A stretch of DNA of 64,000 nucleotides from a virus (lineage: Duplodnaviria; Caudoviricetes), in the IMG/VR virus record IMGVR_UViG_3300033273_000282, positions 1 to 64,000 of that record; one strand, 5' to 3'. The notes below the pieces were generated by a model that did no database searches, was not told where the DNA came from, and saw only the letters and a program-made list of their open reading frames with translations. Positions 27,201-35,048 of the stretch are shown here, in pieces. The position numbers and the translations under genes were made by a program. How positions within the stretch are numbered: the stretch's first letter is position 1; each line of letters starts with the position of its first letter.

Positions 27201-29370
27201 TTCGATTTCTGTTTCTGATGGTAAGGTATACAACTGTGAGGTTTCGCTCTCAGGAAGAGGATATACCGAACCACCATCTGTTGTTGTGAAGGGTGTTGGT
27301 CTTGGTGCTGCTGGTGCTGTTATCGAATCTGTCGTTGAGATTGATACACCTGCTGTAAGAATGGGTATTGCTGTCGATACTGATGGTGTTACCGAATCTA
27401 CAACTCCAACTAGATTTAACTTCAAGCATCCTGTATTCCTACAAAATGATACCGAGTATGCTCTTGCTATCGAGACAGACTCGATTGAGTATGAACTATG
27501 GGCATCTAAACTAGGTGAAGTTGAAATTGCCACTAGCAATATTGTTACTACACAACCTTCTCTAGGTTCTGTTTATAAGTCTCAGAACACTGACACTTGG
27601 ACAGAAGATCTATTCGAAGATATCAAGTTTACTCTATATCGTGCCGACTTTGATACTACAGGTGGCGAGATTGAAGTTACTAATGAAAATCTAGGTTACG
27701 AGAAACTACTCGTTTCTCCTTTTGAGACCAGTGTAAGATCTGCTACTAATGCTACGTCTACCCTTTTTAAGAACAACAATTCTATCCTCAAGGTTTATCA
27801 TAGAGACAATGGTTTTGAAGATACTGGCAACTCTTATGTATTCTTCCAAGAAGCAGAAGACGTTGGTGGCATCTCTGGTGTTACTCTAAACCAGAGACTA
27901 TATAAAGTCTCTAACTCTGGTATTGACACTTATAACATTACAAGTCCAAACGGTGCTGGTTCTAGCATCATTGGTGGTGGTAAGACTGTTCTTGCTTCTT
28001 ACAACAGAAAGTTTGAGCGTCTCTATGCTCAGGTTCCTTATCTACAACTAGATGGTACAACGATCGAGTCGTTCGTTGCTACTACTGACATAGTTCCTGT
28101 TGACTCACAAACTAAGAATTATGTTTCTTATTCCTTTGTTGATTACGAGAAGACATTCCTTGGTGAAGAACACTTCTTCACTAGCCAGAAAGTAATTGCT
28201 TCTAGAATTAACCAGACTATGAATGGTTTGGCACATTCGTTGAAGTATAAGTTTAGACTGTCTACAACAAACTCTGCTCTGTCTCCTGTAATTGATCTAC
28301 GTACTGCTACAGTCAAGACAGCAACCAATAGAATTGAAAATGCTACTGGTTATGAAGATAGATATGGTAAGAGAGATCAGATCGTCAAGTTCCAACCTCT
28401 CTACACTTTGTCTATTGCTGTTACTGGAACAAATGCTGGTCAAGTAGATACTAATCTAACTCTGGTTGGACAAACTTCTAAGGCAGAAGGTCTTATCACT
28501 AACTATGATAGTGGCGATGCTACAATAAGACTAAGAACAATCACTCCGTTCCAACAGGGTGAACCACTAGATCTGATTGGCACTGATGGTGTTCAGATTC
28601 AAAACGTTGGTATTACTATCACCAGTATTTCTGAGATTGATTTTAACTTCAGTGTAGGTTCTAATGTTATTGCTTACTCTCAGACAGATTCTACTGTTGA
28701 TTATGCCAATAAGATTAATGGTAAGGTTATTCTATGGGATGCCGAAGATAAGATTCTAATTGTGGAAAACTCTTATCAACCAATTAATAACAACTACACT
28801 GCTAAGGTTGCTGATGGTGAAGCATATAACAGAGCATCGACCACATCTGCTCAACAACCTGATATCTTTAGAGTTGGTGATGTAGTTCAGTCAACTGGAG
28901 ATGACACTCCTGTATTCGTTGAACTCAATACGATTGAGTATACTACAGGTGTTGATTATGTTCCAGAGACAGATGCCGTTAATAGTTCTTCGGTTGCTAA
29001 GTATGTGACCAAGGAAGTATTCATTGATAATCCTGGTTCTTCTATTGATGTAAGATCCACCATGAATCTTACTGATATTGAGAATGTTAAGATTTACTAT
29101 AAGATTAGAGAGTCTTCTAGTTCAGCAAACTTTGAGGACATTAACTGGGTTCCATTCAATAATGACGGCAACCCAGATGTAAATAACCTTGCTACTCCAA
29201 CTAACTCTATTTCTGGTCAGTTTGAGAAGCAAGTAGATTATCAGGAACTATTATACAGTGCTTCTAATCTACCTGAGTTTACATCCTTCGCTATCAAGAT
29301 TATCATGAAAACTGATAATCCTTCTTATGTACCCAAGATCCAAGACCTAAGAGCTGTAGCTTCATACTGA
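21298..29370 (+). CDS. large virion structural protein, VrlC/DUF4815-like (2690 aa)
   Basis: MPQKTNLNVAPYYDDYD...FYKVLFRPG; YTMKDIGKLEKRIERLEYYT; PLAQTF. Confidence 0.85.
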   Translation: MPQKTNLNVAPYYDDYDAGKNFYKVLFRPGYSIQTRELTSLQSILQNQIESFGKFNFKQGQQVIPGEVGLNTKLDYVKLSSVSEVAVNEGGQIVYKKYDIKKLVGTQLSGLNSGVVGRVLSAEYGSDIEADTLFVKYTTSGNASNETTFRQGETLEVIGGINTPLLVVGTDGSVLPTSINVEDPISGQISTLTSPAMGFATAVDVQEGVYFINGFFVRNEKQLLVVNKYYNKPSAKVGFTVSEDIVTPEEDASLTDNARGFSNSSAPGAHRLSINLTLTKFDYTANTDKNFIQLVQIKNGTVEKQVRPADYTLLEETLARRTYDESGDYVVEDFDYDVREYYQRSGNNGVYALNTETGLINKTYTEAEAEGKMVLHVSSGKAYVKGYEIINKESKTLEVNKGRDTLQRDNVTIKSKGLSEFNVTNVFGSVPLNTVGDELTGYPSVSLNSVFNDGTIGFSGLEPDGYFRDSVDRRSQVFNLKDGIMTIYVQSLGDQPVQTSQLPDEVFFVTTRGTGTIQGKSATVIGKAIVNRPEVNPASNAVFGELTIVGDKSVLDNFMKEYDDGETDFRRYIYTSQTLMETSSDPYGVVVDYNPSFTPIVGVAKPKNFRMINRGSGFNPDSDIILSKGRTGSATPYNATFGFSYFNPVFFTRLKLEKKIIADTFKNGKYIYGKESKAYGVIENDTTGNFSGISTLFVTTLSGQFIPGETIIDEEQNAIKIAKENTISHFVVNKRGSNYNDASSVVINGEIFDQSKVDVVLYGGAVVQVLVEDRSALQQTYATPPEILFTSDDSNTDKAVVTPVLFKDTVLTFTPQNVKSLSSTFNNYTFTADVDFSSTSYATYQQISDFTFFGTKGKKFIECNGFGADLTGDLIQGDIIQFTDANNNVIKNIVQYVTLPENTEKSRIYFDYALPDNVTNATIVRLRPILTNSSATLVFPTGSKQVASLVSDDANTKFKYHVRKDFVTDLSASGGNLTFTAQLPVGTQKFVPFTENNFLITVLSKGSSTVVENGDIIYIDPRYIAVEDSVITASSVTAGALRIQNLPSDYFGNIMDSNFPVLKLTATVEIDKARPRLKTAIRDKRIIVVSSGDRVIPIRGQDYDSDVIEIFSYSDVFKLKYVYEGTTTNPPVVDPSGNLVSGTDVTYKYKFDNGQRDTYYDVSRIVLKPGFDAPTGQLVVAFDFFEHSQGDFCTVDSYLHEAGVLPDEIPLFNSTVNGVISLRDSIDFRPKVDGNTTITGFQDQSIVEAFDSTDYITFLGTGGIPTATPATDAGLAYTVSFSEKQYLDRIDGLFLTKKGDFIIKEGNASLNPSKPEPVDDAVSLCYLHIPAYTNNSKDVRIVPVDNKRYTMKDIGKLEKRIERLEYYTTLSILEQQALNMQVKDEIGLDRFKSGFLVDNFEAHRTGNLKSEDYRCAIDTQQSVLRAQSKEDSFVLKEINTRDDQRAVDGYVINDGVVTLPYENVELLGNANATNTINPNPFVVIQYVGEGVISPQQDSWYDQSIAPLVVDTNTKLNTIFLAKDVVADAYSSLYNSFIVNWCGTDAGLLPIESLAGINSEDIESTVEPASVASSSNVSPQNNEVGKGVGTRTINNKKVSTALQFFARSIPVKFVMNRLKPDTKVYVFMEGRNIDRWVVPDSRFSGQAGNSLSTFGAPLVTDSNGNLSGIILVPAGLPPVSNTRWTGNVDTVDYDQTGEEIRFSTGTKTIRFTSASDDADKSEVDTYAEVKFYAAGITPENPASITSTATSFFKANEGVQLVDSNTDDPVKPNPLAQTFKIENFDGGVMTTGVDLFFSKKSETIPLRAYLTDVVAGKPGKNIIPGTQVSLTPETYLRVYVTGESETVTINLDEIVTGKTSNASGPIAKVFDSNLVRVGDDTSTSFQLNKEQVYTLVLNNHNGTSFVANESLSIPSVTTYNNLNNTTLGVFIAKDSGKVTDLRVSAVGDNYETASITIESPQLPGGSSATGSISVSDGKVYNCEVSLSGRGYTEPPSVVVKGVGLGAAGAVIESVVEIDTPAVRMGIAVDTDGVTESTTPTRFNFKHPVFLQNDTEYALAIETDSIEYELWASKLGEVEIATSNIVTTQPSLGSVYKSQNTDTWTEDLFEDIKFTLYRADFDTTGGEIEVTNENLGYEKLLVSPFETSVRSATNATSTLFKNNNSILKVYHRDNGFEDTGNSYVFFQEAEDVGGISGVTLNQRLYKVSNSGIDTYNITSPNGAGSSIIGGGKTVLASYNRKFERLYAQVPYLQLDGTTIESFVATTDIVPVDSQTKNYVSYSFVDYEKTFLGEEHFFTSQKVIASRINQTMNGLAHSLKYKFRLSTTNSALSPVIDLRTATVKTATNRIENATGYEDRYGKRDQIVKFQPLYTLSIAVTGTNAGQVDTNLTLVGQTSKAEGLITNYDSGDATIRLRTITPFQQGEPLDLIGTDGVQIQNVGITITSISEIDFNFSVGSNVIAYSQTDSTVDYANKINGKVILWDAEDKILIVENSYQPINNNYTAKVADGEAYNRASTTSAQQPDIFRVGDVVQSTGDDTPVFVELNTIEYTTGVDYVPETDAVNSSSVAKYVTKEVFIDNPGSSIDVRSTMNLTDIENVKIYYKIRESSSSANFEDINWVPFNNDGNPDVNNLATPTNSISGQFEKQVDYQELLYSASNLPEFTSFAIKIIMKTDNPSYVPKIQDLRAVASY

Positions 29371-29570
29371 TGAGATATTTAAAAGTTGAAGGTCACGAAA
29401 ATCTTTATCGTGATGTCACCACGGGGGCGATTGTCAACACTGACAAACCCACTCCCAGAAACTTTTCTCGTACATTTAACAATGCACTAGAAGACATAAA
29501 TACATTGAAGGAAGAACTATCTGAAATCAAACTACTTCTTAGAGAGATCGTAAGAAATGCCAGCAATTAA
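29370..29570 (+). CDS. small hypothetical protein with a coiled coil
   Basis: KVEGHENLYRDVTTGAIVN...INTLKEELSEIKLLL. Confidence 0.8.
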   Translation: MRYLKVEGHENLYRDVTTGAIVNTDKPTPRNFSRTFNNALEDINTLKEELSEIKLLLREIVRNASN

Positions 29571-32500
29571 CGTTAGTAGAACAGATACCTTTGAAACTCA
29601 AAGGCAAAAAATTAATGAGATTGGTCAGAATCTATTTCAGATCTACCAAGGTGGCAGTGACTTGTCTACAGGTGTCCTAAGAATTGGTGACGGAACTGTA
29701 GGAGATCCTTCTCTAGGATTTATTAATGATACCACTCTAGGTTTTTACAAGGCAGGGCAATCTACACTAGGAGTTGCTGGTAGCGGAAAGAAAATTTTTG
29801 ATTATCAACCATCAGAATCAGTTAGTTACCAAGATTTTATTGTAAGAAGAAGTAGTCTCGTAACTACAGGACTAGCACTTACTAGTGGTGGTAGTGGTTA
29901 TGACGAAGGCACTTATCTAGCAGTTGGAATTACTGGAGGAACAGGACAATCTGCTGAAGCCACATTTACAGTAGTTGGTTTTTCTGGTGTAGTAGTACAA
30001 CCTGGAGAAAACTATAACGTAGGAAGTTATTCTTCCGTTCTTGTCAACAACAGCACGGGTACTATTGGTGCCGATCCTGCTATAATTTCATTCACTGTTC
30101 CTGGAATTGATGGAGACATTACTGATGCTGGATCTGGATATCGCCCAGGTGTCTATCTAAATCAAGGTTTTACTGGTGGTAATGGCACTGGCGGCTCCGC
30201 TAATATTACTATTGAGGGAACTGTAGCATTAGGTATTCAAATTAATAATGCTGGTAGTGGACTAGCGGATGGTGAATATCCAGAAATTCCAGTTCTTAAT
30301 ATACCAGCTAATACTTTTGTAGTAACCACTATTACAAATCCAAATGGACCACCTCCAAATAATGTATTCCAAATTGACGGTGTTACTCAACCCACTTTGG
30401 ATCTTTATGAAGGTAATACATATCATTTTGATATTTCCGATGCTACCAATGAAGGACATCCATTTTCAATTAGAGGAGCAGGTGGGTCAACACTAGACAC
30501 TTCGGCTTTCGTAGTTACAAAGTACGGAAATGACGGTGCTGCCAACTCTATTGTTGAAGTTGTTGTAAGACGTAACGCTACTTATACATCTTTGAACACT
30601 GCTATCGAATATTTCTGTGAACAACATGATGGCATGGGTGGATCGGCTAATATTAATAATACTGGTCCAATAGGTTTAACAAGCTCAGCAGCAGGAGGCT
30701 TAGCTACCATTACTGTTGCTGGTGGTGTTATTACAGTAGTTGATTTTATAGGTTCTGCTGCCAAAAACTATGCGTCTTTGGGATCATCTGAATTAACATT
30801 ACATGGACCATCTATTGGTGCTACTACTAATACAGTAGGTGAATTCCAGATTGTGACGGAGACAATTACTGGAACAGTGACAAGCGTTTTTCCTGTTGAT
30901 ACAGGAATTGATTATGATAATGGTGATGTTCTAGGATGGAACAACCTAAGCAGTACACCAGGATCTGGTTTTGAATATACTTTAAATGTAGATCCAGGAA
31001 GCGTTTCTGATATCTCCTTTAGTTCTTATGGATCAGGGTATTCTGCTAATGATGTACTAACTTTACCATCTCAGATATCTGCTAGTGGTACTATTTCTTT
31101 TGTTGATGATTCTTTCGAAATTGAAGTACCAAATTTATCTCAAGCAATTGCCGAAGGTCTTGCTACTGGATTTATTGTTCAAGGAAACAATATTCCTGCC
31201 GATACTACTTTAGAAAGTTTTGACACTACAACAAATATAATTATTCTTAGTGCCGAACCAGCTGGTACAGGTAGTGTAAGTTTTAGTTTTCTTCCTCCAT
31301 GGGGAATTGGGGCAGGATCCAACGAATTTGAATATGAAATCGAACAAGTTGGTGTAGTAAATTCTGTTGTCATTACTGATGGAGGATTTGGATATTCTTC
31401 AGGAGATGTAGTTTCTGTAAATTCTGGAGATCTAACATCAGCAATCACAAAAGTTGTAACTGCTGGACCAATTCAAGAATTGACTTTCAGTCCTGCTCTT
31501 GCTACAGGATCAATTGCTGTAGGCGATTCTCTAAAAGTTCAAGACGGAACAATTGAAAGTGGCACAGCAACAGGAACCACTACGTCAAGCGGTGGAGAAT
31601 TTACAGTATCACAAAGTTCTACAACTGGATCTGGTATAGGTGCTTCTTTCTTGGTTACTAGAGGTGATGGTGGTGAAGTAGGTGCTTTGGGTGAAATTGT
31701 TTCTGTTGATATTGTTGATGGTGGTTTTGGACACGCTGTTTCTGATCAAATCACACTTCTAGGAGCGTCAGTTGGTGGATCTACTCCAGCAGATAATATT
31801 ACTTTCGTTGTAGAAGGTGTTACCGAATCAACATTGGCAGTTGTTAGAAGTGTTCCTTCTGGTCCTATTTCATCTATACTAATTGATGGTGTTGGATTCG
31901 CTGATGCTGATGTATTAGTAGAAGATGGAACAACTTCTCCAACATTTACTGTTGCTACTGCTTCCGTACTGTCGTCAAGATTTTTCATTGATGACGATCT
32001 TCATCCAGATTTAACACTTTATTCTGGAGACACATATAGATTTGATTACACTAGCAGCACTGTTACTGGTGATGGTACATTATTTAAATTAAGTGTTGTT
32101 CCTGATGGAAAGTATTACCTAGTAGAGAACTTAACTGCTGATTTAACACAAGGATCAAATCAAGTAACATTTTCGGATGTTACTGGATTAGTGATTGGTC
32201 TGGGTGCTGCTGTTACTTTTGGTGAAGGTGCTGTACCTGCTAATACAACTATTACTGCTATTGATGGAACTACAGTAACACTCAGCAACCCAGCGACTGT
32301 TGGTGGTAGTGCTACATTTACTTTCAGTGGAACTGAATATACTGATGGAGTTAGTGTAGTAGAAAATGTTCTAACGATTACTATTAATGATAGCACACCA
32401 GATTTATATTTTTATTCCTCTAGTGTAGCAGATGCTGGTGGTAGTGATGGTCAAGAAGCGGTACTAACTACAGACAACAATAACCCCAAAACTTTTGGTA

Positions 32501-34479
32501 GTGGTCTTGCTCTTACTGTTAGTGCTATTGAAAATACTGATGTAATTACTTTTGATGTTGCTGAAGGTGAAATTGATTCTACCCAATTAAATGTCTCCGA
32601 CACTGCTACTATTAATGTTGGTTCATTTACAACTTCTCTTTCTACACCAGCGGCGACTGTAACGGCGCTATCAGCAGATTCTATTACTGCTACTACAGAT
32701 CTTGCTGTTACTGCTACTAACACCAATTTTTCCTCAAATGTAAATATTGGCAATTTTCTCACTGTTGCTCAAGATACTGGAAAGGTAGAAACTTCTGGAG
32801 AAATTAAAACTTTTAATAAGTTTAACTCTAATGATCTTTTGTTTATCGAAAATGCTGAAATTTCCACAGCTCCTGGAACAGCATTGATTCTAAAACCAGG
32901 ATCTACATCAGATGTAACTAAAGTAGATTCTGTTACTGCTCTGAAGATTCCAGCAGGTCTTGAATCAGATAAACCAGCTACCTCAGAAGATGGTTACATT
33001 CGTTTCAACACCACAACAAATCAATATGAAGGATATAGTGCTACTAACGGATCTTGGTCTTCTTTGGGTGGTGTACGAGATCTAGATGGCAACACCACCA
33101 TTCTTGCCGAAGAAACTGTTGGTGCTAATGATAATACTTTATGGTTTATTAATGACAACATTAATACCATGAAGTTCTCTCCTAATTACATGGAGTTTGT
33201 GGATGTCAAGAAGGTTAGATCTATTAACACTTCTGCTCCAGCTTTTACTAACTGGGTGGCAAATGCAACTTTGACAGCAGGTGATTATGTAAAGTATGGC
33301 AATAACATCTTCCTAGTTGTTTCTAGTGGACAAGCAGCAACATCAGGTAGTGAACCAACAGATACTTCTGGTAATGATTTCTCTAATGGTAGTGCTACCT
33401 TAAGATTCTATATCACTGCTGTATCATTTATTACATTTGAAGAAGTATCTGAAGTTCGTATTGACCCAGCGGGATATACAGATCTAGTCATTAACAATGA
33501 ACTAAGGTTCTCTAACAACAATATCTCATCTACTCTAAATGATATTCTATTCTCTCCTAGTTCAGGAAAGAAAGTCAAGATTGATGCTCCGACATCACTT
33601 GTGCTTCCTGTTGGAGATAACAACTCCAAAGGTTCTCCAGAGCAAGGATCTGTTAGATATAACACAGATGATAATCAGTTTGAAGGATACAACGGTGCTC
33701 AGTGGGGCGGACTTGGTGGTGTCAAAGATATTGACCAGGATACTGAGATCAGGGCAGAGTCTGCTCCAGGCGCTGATGAAGATATTTTATTCTTCAAGAA
33801 TGGTGGTAACAATACTCTAAGGGTTACTCAAACTGCCATGGAGTTTGACTCTATGGATACTATCAGTAGTGTCACCAGTAATACACTGAACCTAGAAGCA
33901 ACTGAAGTTACTTTTAATTCTCTTGCTCTTACTATCGACACGGATGCTGTTGACACTTGCTTCTTACTATCCACGAGATCCCAATTTGATATTGGTCTTT
34001 CTTCTGGTTTGAATACCGATCACTTAATTAGATTTAATAATCTTGGCGAGACCATTTACAATCTTGGATTCGGAACTGGTACGGATGATAATATCACTAT
34101 GTTGAATAGTGATCTAACAAACATTAATTATAAAAATGTTAGGTTCTCTACCACTAAACTAGATCTAGAAAAAGGTTTGTTGAATTCTGGTAATGCCACT
34201 GTTTATAATATTTCTACAGAAGCTTCGGCAAAAACTGTTGTTACAGCATACAATACAACAACGGGAGACAAAGAAATTATCGAGTTCTTGGTTATTGATG
34301 ACGGAACCGACGTATTCTTTACAGACACCAACAATATCAAAACAGGAGCAGAACTTATTAGTTCTCTCTTTGATATTGATGGTTCTCAGAATGTTCGTAT
34401 TACTTTGACTCTCGATACTAATCTATCAAATGGTGATAATGTTGAAGTGACTATTGTAAATACTGTTACTAAAAGGTAA
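29557..34479 (+). CDS. baseplate-attached fibre/structural protein (1640 aa) with nested repeats and a cupredoxin-like insert
   Basis: N-terminus TDTFETQRQKINEI; GSGY repeats; two GxxRFNTxxxxFEGY-type motifs; YFCEQHDGMG. Confidence 0.75.
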   Translation: MPAINVSRTDTFETQRQKINEIGQNLFQIYQGGSDLSTGVLRIGDGTVGDPSLGFINDTTLGFYKAGQSTLGVAGSGKKIFDYQPSESVSYQDFIVRRSSLVTTGLALTSGGSGYDEGTYLAVGITGGTGQSAEATFTVVGFSGVVVQPGENYNVGSYSSVLVNNSTGTIGADPAIISFTVPGIDGDITDAGSGYRPGVYLNQGFTGGNGTGGSANITIEGTVALGIQINNAGSGLADGEYPEIPVLNIPANTFVVTTITNPNGPPPNNVFQIDGVTQPTLDLYEGNTYHFDISDATNEGHPFSIRGAGGSTLDTSAFVVTKYGNDGAANSIVEVVVRRNATYTSLNTAIEYFCEQHDGMGGSANINNTGPIGLTSSAAGGLATITVAGGVITVVDFIGSAAKNYASLGSSELTLHGPSIGATTNTVGEFQIVTETITGTVTSVFPVDTGIDYDNGDVLGWNNLSSTPGSGFEYTLNVDPGSVSDISFSSYGSGYSANDVLTLPSQISASGTISFVDDSFEIEVPNLSQAIAEGLATGFIVQGNNIPADTTLESFDTTTNIIILSAEPAGTGSVSFSFLPPWGIGAGSNEFEYEIEQVGVVNSVVITDGGFGYSSGDVVSVNSGDLTSAITKVVTAGPIQELTFSPALATGSIAVGDSLKVQDGTIESGTATGTTTSSGGEFTVSQSSTTGSGIGASFLVTRGDGGEVGALGEIVSVDIVDGGFGHAVSDQITLLGASVGGSTPADNITFVVEGVTESTLAVVRSVPSGPISSILIDGVGFADADVLVEDGTTSPTFTVATASVLSSRFFIDDDLHPDLTLYSGDTYRFDYTSSTVTGDGTLFKLSVVPDGKYYLVENLTADLTQGSNQVTFSDVTGLVIGLGAAVTFGEGAVPANTTITAIDGTTVTLSNPATVGGSATFTFSGTEYTDGVSVVENVLTITINDSTPDLYFYSSSVADAGGSDGQEAVLTTDNNNPKTFGSGLALTVSAIENTDVITFDVAEGEIDSTQLNVSDTATINVGSFTTSLSTPAATVTALSADSITATTDLAVTATNTNFSSNVNIGNFLTVAQDTGKVETSGEIKTFNKFNSNDLLFIENAEISTAPGTALILKPGSTSDVTKVDSVTALKIPAGLESDKPATSEDGYIRFNTTTNQYEGYSATNGSWSSLGGVRDLDGNTTILAEETVGANDNTLWFINDNINTMKFSPNYMEFVDVKKVRSINTSAPAFTNWVANATLTAGDYVKYGNNIFLVVSSGQAATSGSEPTDTSGNDFSNGSATLRFYITAVSFITFEEVSEVRIDPAGYTDLVINNELRFSNNNISSTLNDILFSPSSGKKVKIDAPTSLVLPVGDNNSKGSPEQGSVRYNTDDNQFEGYNGAQWGGLGGVKDIDQDTEIRAESAPGADEDILFFKNGGNNTLRVTQTAMEFDSMDTISSVTSNTLNLEATEVTFNSLALTIDTDAVDTCFLLSTRSQFDIGLSSGLNTDHLIRFNNLGETIYNLGFGTGTDDNITMLNSDLTNINYKNVRFSTTKLDLEKGLLNSGNATVYNISTEASAKTVVTAYNTTTGDKEIIEFLVIDDGTDVFFTDTNNIKTGAELISSLFDIDGSQNVRITLTLDTNLSNGDNVEVTIVNTVTKR

Positions 34480-34483
34480 ATAA

Positions 34484-34999
34484 ATGGCAGAACAATTACG
34501 AGCATTTGACTCTCTGGGAGGATTTTCTGTAGAAAATACTACACTAATTAATCCCACAAAAGATGTCCAAAACGTTAACTCATTTGAAGTAAAAAATCGA
34601 TTTTTTACTGACGCTGCTTCTTCTCATTATATTTTGAGAGGAAGCACTACAGCCGTTCTTTCTTTGGATGATGTCGGCAGTCAAATTCCCCTGCCGTCAG
34701 CATCTATCAATTTCATTACAGCACATGTTGTTGGTGTAAACAATACAGGGGCAGGTCACCTATCGACAAAACTAGAATCAACAGTTTCTGTTACTTCTGC
34801 TGGAGTTGTCAGTGAATTATCAAACCTGATTACAATTATTAAAGACAGTGTACCCACAGGAGAAACGTGGACCGTAGAACTATTTGACACAGGTGCTAAT
34901 AATAGATTTAGTTACTCCGTAACTAAGCAAGGTGGTGTTGCTGGACAAACAATTAAGTGGGTAGCATACGTCCAAGTTGTAAGTATTGACTGGACATGA
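34484..34999 (+). CDS. virion structural hypothetical protein
   Basis: TAAATA upstream; FDSLGGFSVENT...; beta-rich sequence. Confidence 0.7.
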   Translation: MAEQLRAFDSLGGFSVENTTLINPTKDVQNVNSFEVKNRFFTDAASSHYILRGSTTAVLSLDDVGSQIPLPSASINFITAHVVGVNNTGAGHLSTKLESTVSVTSAGVVSELSNLITIIKDSVPTGETWTVELFDTGANNRFSYSVTKQGGVAGQTIKWVAYVQVVSIDWT

Positions 35000-35048
35000 T
35001 GCTAAATAGATAGGAGAATAAAATCATCGGCACTGGCAGCGGAGTAAC

